DNA from: Gemmatimonadota bacterium
Lineage (GTDB): Bacteria > Gemmatimonadota > Gemmatimonadetes > Gemmatimonadales > Gemmatimonadaceae
NCBI GenBank assembly: GCA_031372565.1
Contig: JANMLN010000182.1
Span: 1 to 18,365, forward strand
Length of the DNA: 18,365 bases
Reading direction: 5' to 3'
The notes under the pieces were generated by a model. It did not search any database. It was not told the DNA's origin and saw only the letters and a list, made by a program, of their open reading frames with translations. Shown one piece after another: positions 16,744-18,365 of the stretch. Both the position numbers and the translations under genes were made by a program. Every line of letters starts with the position of its first letter. Within the stretch, counting starts at the first letter, position 1.

Positions 16744-16776
16744 CGCGACCCGACCGCTCGCGACGATACTCCTGAC

Positions 16777-17688
16777 ATGGCGTGGACCCCCGCTGACGAC
16801 CAGGATGCGCCCCGGCTGACCCCCGCGGTGCAGGCGTTGATTGCGATCAACATCGCGATCTACTTCGTGCAGCGCACGGTGGTGCAGCCCTCGGACATGG
16901 CGCTGGCGCTCGGCTTCCAGATGAAGGATCTGGGCCGGGCCTGGTATACCGTGTTCACGTACATGTTCGTGCACGGTGGGTTCTGGCACCTCGCGCTCAA
17001 CCTGTACACGCTGTTCCTGTTCGGCCCGCGCGTGGAGCGGGCGATGCGGTCGAGCGGGGAGTTCGCGCGGTTCTACGTGATTGCGGGCCTTGGCGGGTGG
17101 CTCGCGCATGTGCTGTTCGTGCGGAGCGGCGTGCTGATTGGCGCGAGCGCGGCGATCTTCGGCGTGATGCTGGCGTTTGCGGCCAAGTGGCCGGACACCG
17201 AGGTGTATCTGTTCGGTGTTCTGCCGATGCGCGTGCGCTGGCTGGTGGCGGCGCTGGTGGTGATGAACCTCGTGCAGGGGCTGACGCCGGGCGAAGGGGA
17301 CGGCACCGCGTACCTGGCGCACGTGGGCGGGATCGTGACGGCGTGGATGTACCTGCGGGCGACGCATGCGTTGTCACCGGAGCGGGCGCGCCCCGTGGTG
17401 GCGAGTGCGCCGGACATGCCGGATGAGCCGCCGCGTGCGGTCCCGCGCGGCATGCCGCGTGGCCGCGAGAAGCTGAGCGAGATCGACGAGTTGATCGCGC
17501 GCAAGGGGACCGCGACCAAGCGCACGAGCGTGCCGGTGGTGAAGCCACCGCCGAAGGTGACGCCCGTGGTGCAAGCCGAGCTGGATCATGTGCTCGACAA
17601 GATCTCGCAGAACGGATTGGCGAGCCTGAACGCGGAAGAGCGCCGGCTGTTGGACGAGATGTCGAAGCGGTTGCGCGAGCAGTCGTAA
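16777..17688 (+). CDS. Rhomboid intramembrane serine protease with a DUF6576-like C-terminal helical tail
   Basis: FTYMFVHGGFWHLALN, GASAA (catalytic Ser), AHVGG (catalytic His), ELDHVLDKISQNGLASL.AEERRLL. Confidence 0.93.
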   Translation: MAWTPADDQDAPRLTPAVQALIAINIAIYFVQRTVVQPSDMALALGFQMKDLGRAWYTVFTYMFVHGGFWHLALNLYTLFLFGPRVERAMRSSGEFARFYVIAGLGGWLAHVLFVRSGVLIGASAAIFGVMLAFAAKWPDTEVYLFGVLPMRVRWLVAALVVMNLVQGLTPGEGDGTAYLAHVGGIVTAWMYLRATHALSPERARPVVASAPDMPDEPPRAVPRGMPRGREKLSEIDELIARKGTATKRTSVPVVKPPPKVTPVVQAELDHVLDKISQNGLASLNAEERRLLDEMSKRLREQS

Positions 17689-17719
17689 CGCGCGAGAGAC
17701 CAGTGCTGACGGGTGACGA

Positions 17720-17752
17720 AACGGCGCCGCAGTGATGCGGCGCCGTTCTGTT
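17720..17752. terminator. Probable bidirectional intrinsic terminator
   Basis: 12-bp stem aacggcgccgca / tgcggcgccgtt with a GTGA loop, between the convergent rhomboid and PadR genes. Confidence 0.8.
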
Positions 17753-17771
17753 GTCGGGGCTGCCGCTGGTG

Positions 17772-18359
17772 CTACACGGAGGTCGGCGCGTCGCCCTTCC
17801 AGGCCTGTTCGATGTCGGCCGCGGCCTGTTTGAGGATCTGCGTGATCCTCGGAAGCGCGGGGTGATCGGCGCCGGTCTTGAAGACGCGCGGATAGGTGGT
17901 ACGCGCAACCGCAGCGAAGGCGGTGTGGAGCTCGCCCATGGCGCCGCCAGCGACGTCGTGGACAGCGTCGCGGAGGCGATCGGCGATGTCGTCGAGGACG
18001 TTCTTGTGCTCGTCGAGATAGCGCTCGCCTTCGGGGGTGAGGTGGTAGACGCGTCGTCCATCGGTTTCGACGCCGCGCACGAAGCCCTGGTCTTCGAGCA
18101 GCTGGAGCGTCGGGTAGATGGTGCCGGGCGACGGCGTGTACCAGCCGTGGAGGCTGTCCTCGAGCGACTTGATGATCTCGTAGCCGTGGCGGGGCTTTTC
18201 ACGGAGCAGGCGGAGGATGACGAACTTGACCTCGCCCGACTCGAACATCTGGGCGCGGTGGCGTCGTCCGGTGTGCTTTGAGCGGGCTCCCCATTCGCGC
18301 CACATGGAGGGTTCGAAGCCGGAGAAGAGCTTGGAGAAGTCCCAGTCGTCGCGGGTCAT
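17772..18359 (-). CDS. PadR-family transcriptional regulator
   Basis: FESGEVKFVILRLLREKPRHGYEIIK, YTPSPGTIYPTLQLLEDQG, RRVYHLTPEGE. The start is near the window edge. Confidence 0.93.
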   Translation of the reverse strand: MTRDDWDFSKLFSGFEPSMWREWGARSKHTGRRHRAQMFESGEVKFVILRLLREKPRHGYEIIKSLEDSLHGWYTPSPGTIYPTLQLLEDQGFVRGVETDGRRVYHLTPEGERYLDEHKNVLDDIADRLRDAVHDVAGGAMGELHTAFAAVARTTYPRVFKTGADHPALPRITQILKQAAADIEQAWKGDAPTSV

Positions 18360-18365
18360 GGGAGG

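Noticed and set aside
1592..17367. Long minus-strand ORFs (e.g. 1592..2851, 4456..5940, 9010..10806, 10857..13223, 13248..15149, 15946..17367)
   Set aside because: Shadow ORFs opposite well-supported genes in high-GC DNA; Arg/Ala/His-rich with no recognisable motifs.
17751..18281. Plus-strand 176-aa ORF
   Set aside because: Antisense shadow of the PadR gene.

Overview
High-GC bacterial window. The gene set and order suggest Gemmatimonadota; this is inference from recalled gene neighbourhoods, not a search. Bases 1-~1430 form a small accessory patch: the 3' end and terminal repeat of an IS3-family element, two diverged paralogs of an unknown multi-pass membrane protein (the first cut by the IS), an Rhs/YD-repeat fragment between them, and possible further IS-end scars. 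The rest looks like core chromosome, nearly all on the + strand: beta-CASP MBL hydrolase, YdcF/DUF218, a pair of M16 peptidase subunits, Nudix hydrolase, ECF sigma factor, zf-HC2 anti-sigma, holA-TPR/SPOR-mutS, cystathionine beta-synthase-like gene, ddl, a QueE-like protein, and a rhomboid protease, converging on a PadR regulator. The most interesting observations are: (i) a QueE/radical-SAM-like protein without the Fe-S cysteine motif, translationally coupled to ddl; (ii) an ECF sigma gene preceded by a sigma54-type promoter and separated from its anti-sigma by a strong hairpin and a possible ECF-type promoter; (iii) the Rhs fragment with a tandem membrane-protein pair, possibly a decayed polymorphic-toxin immunity array; (iv) CGTC-type REP repeats, one of them possibly translated.
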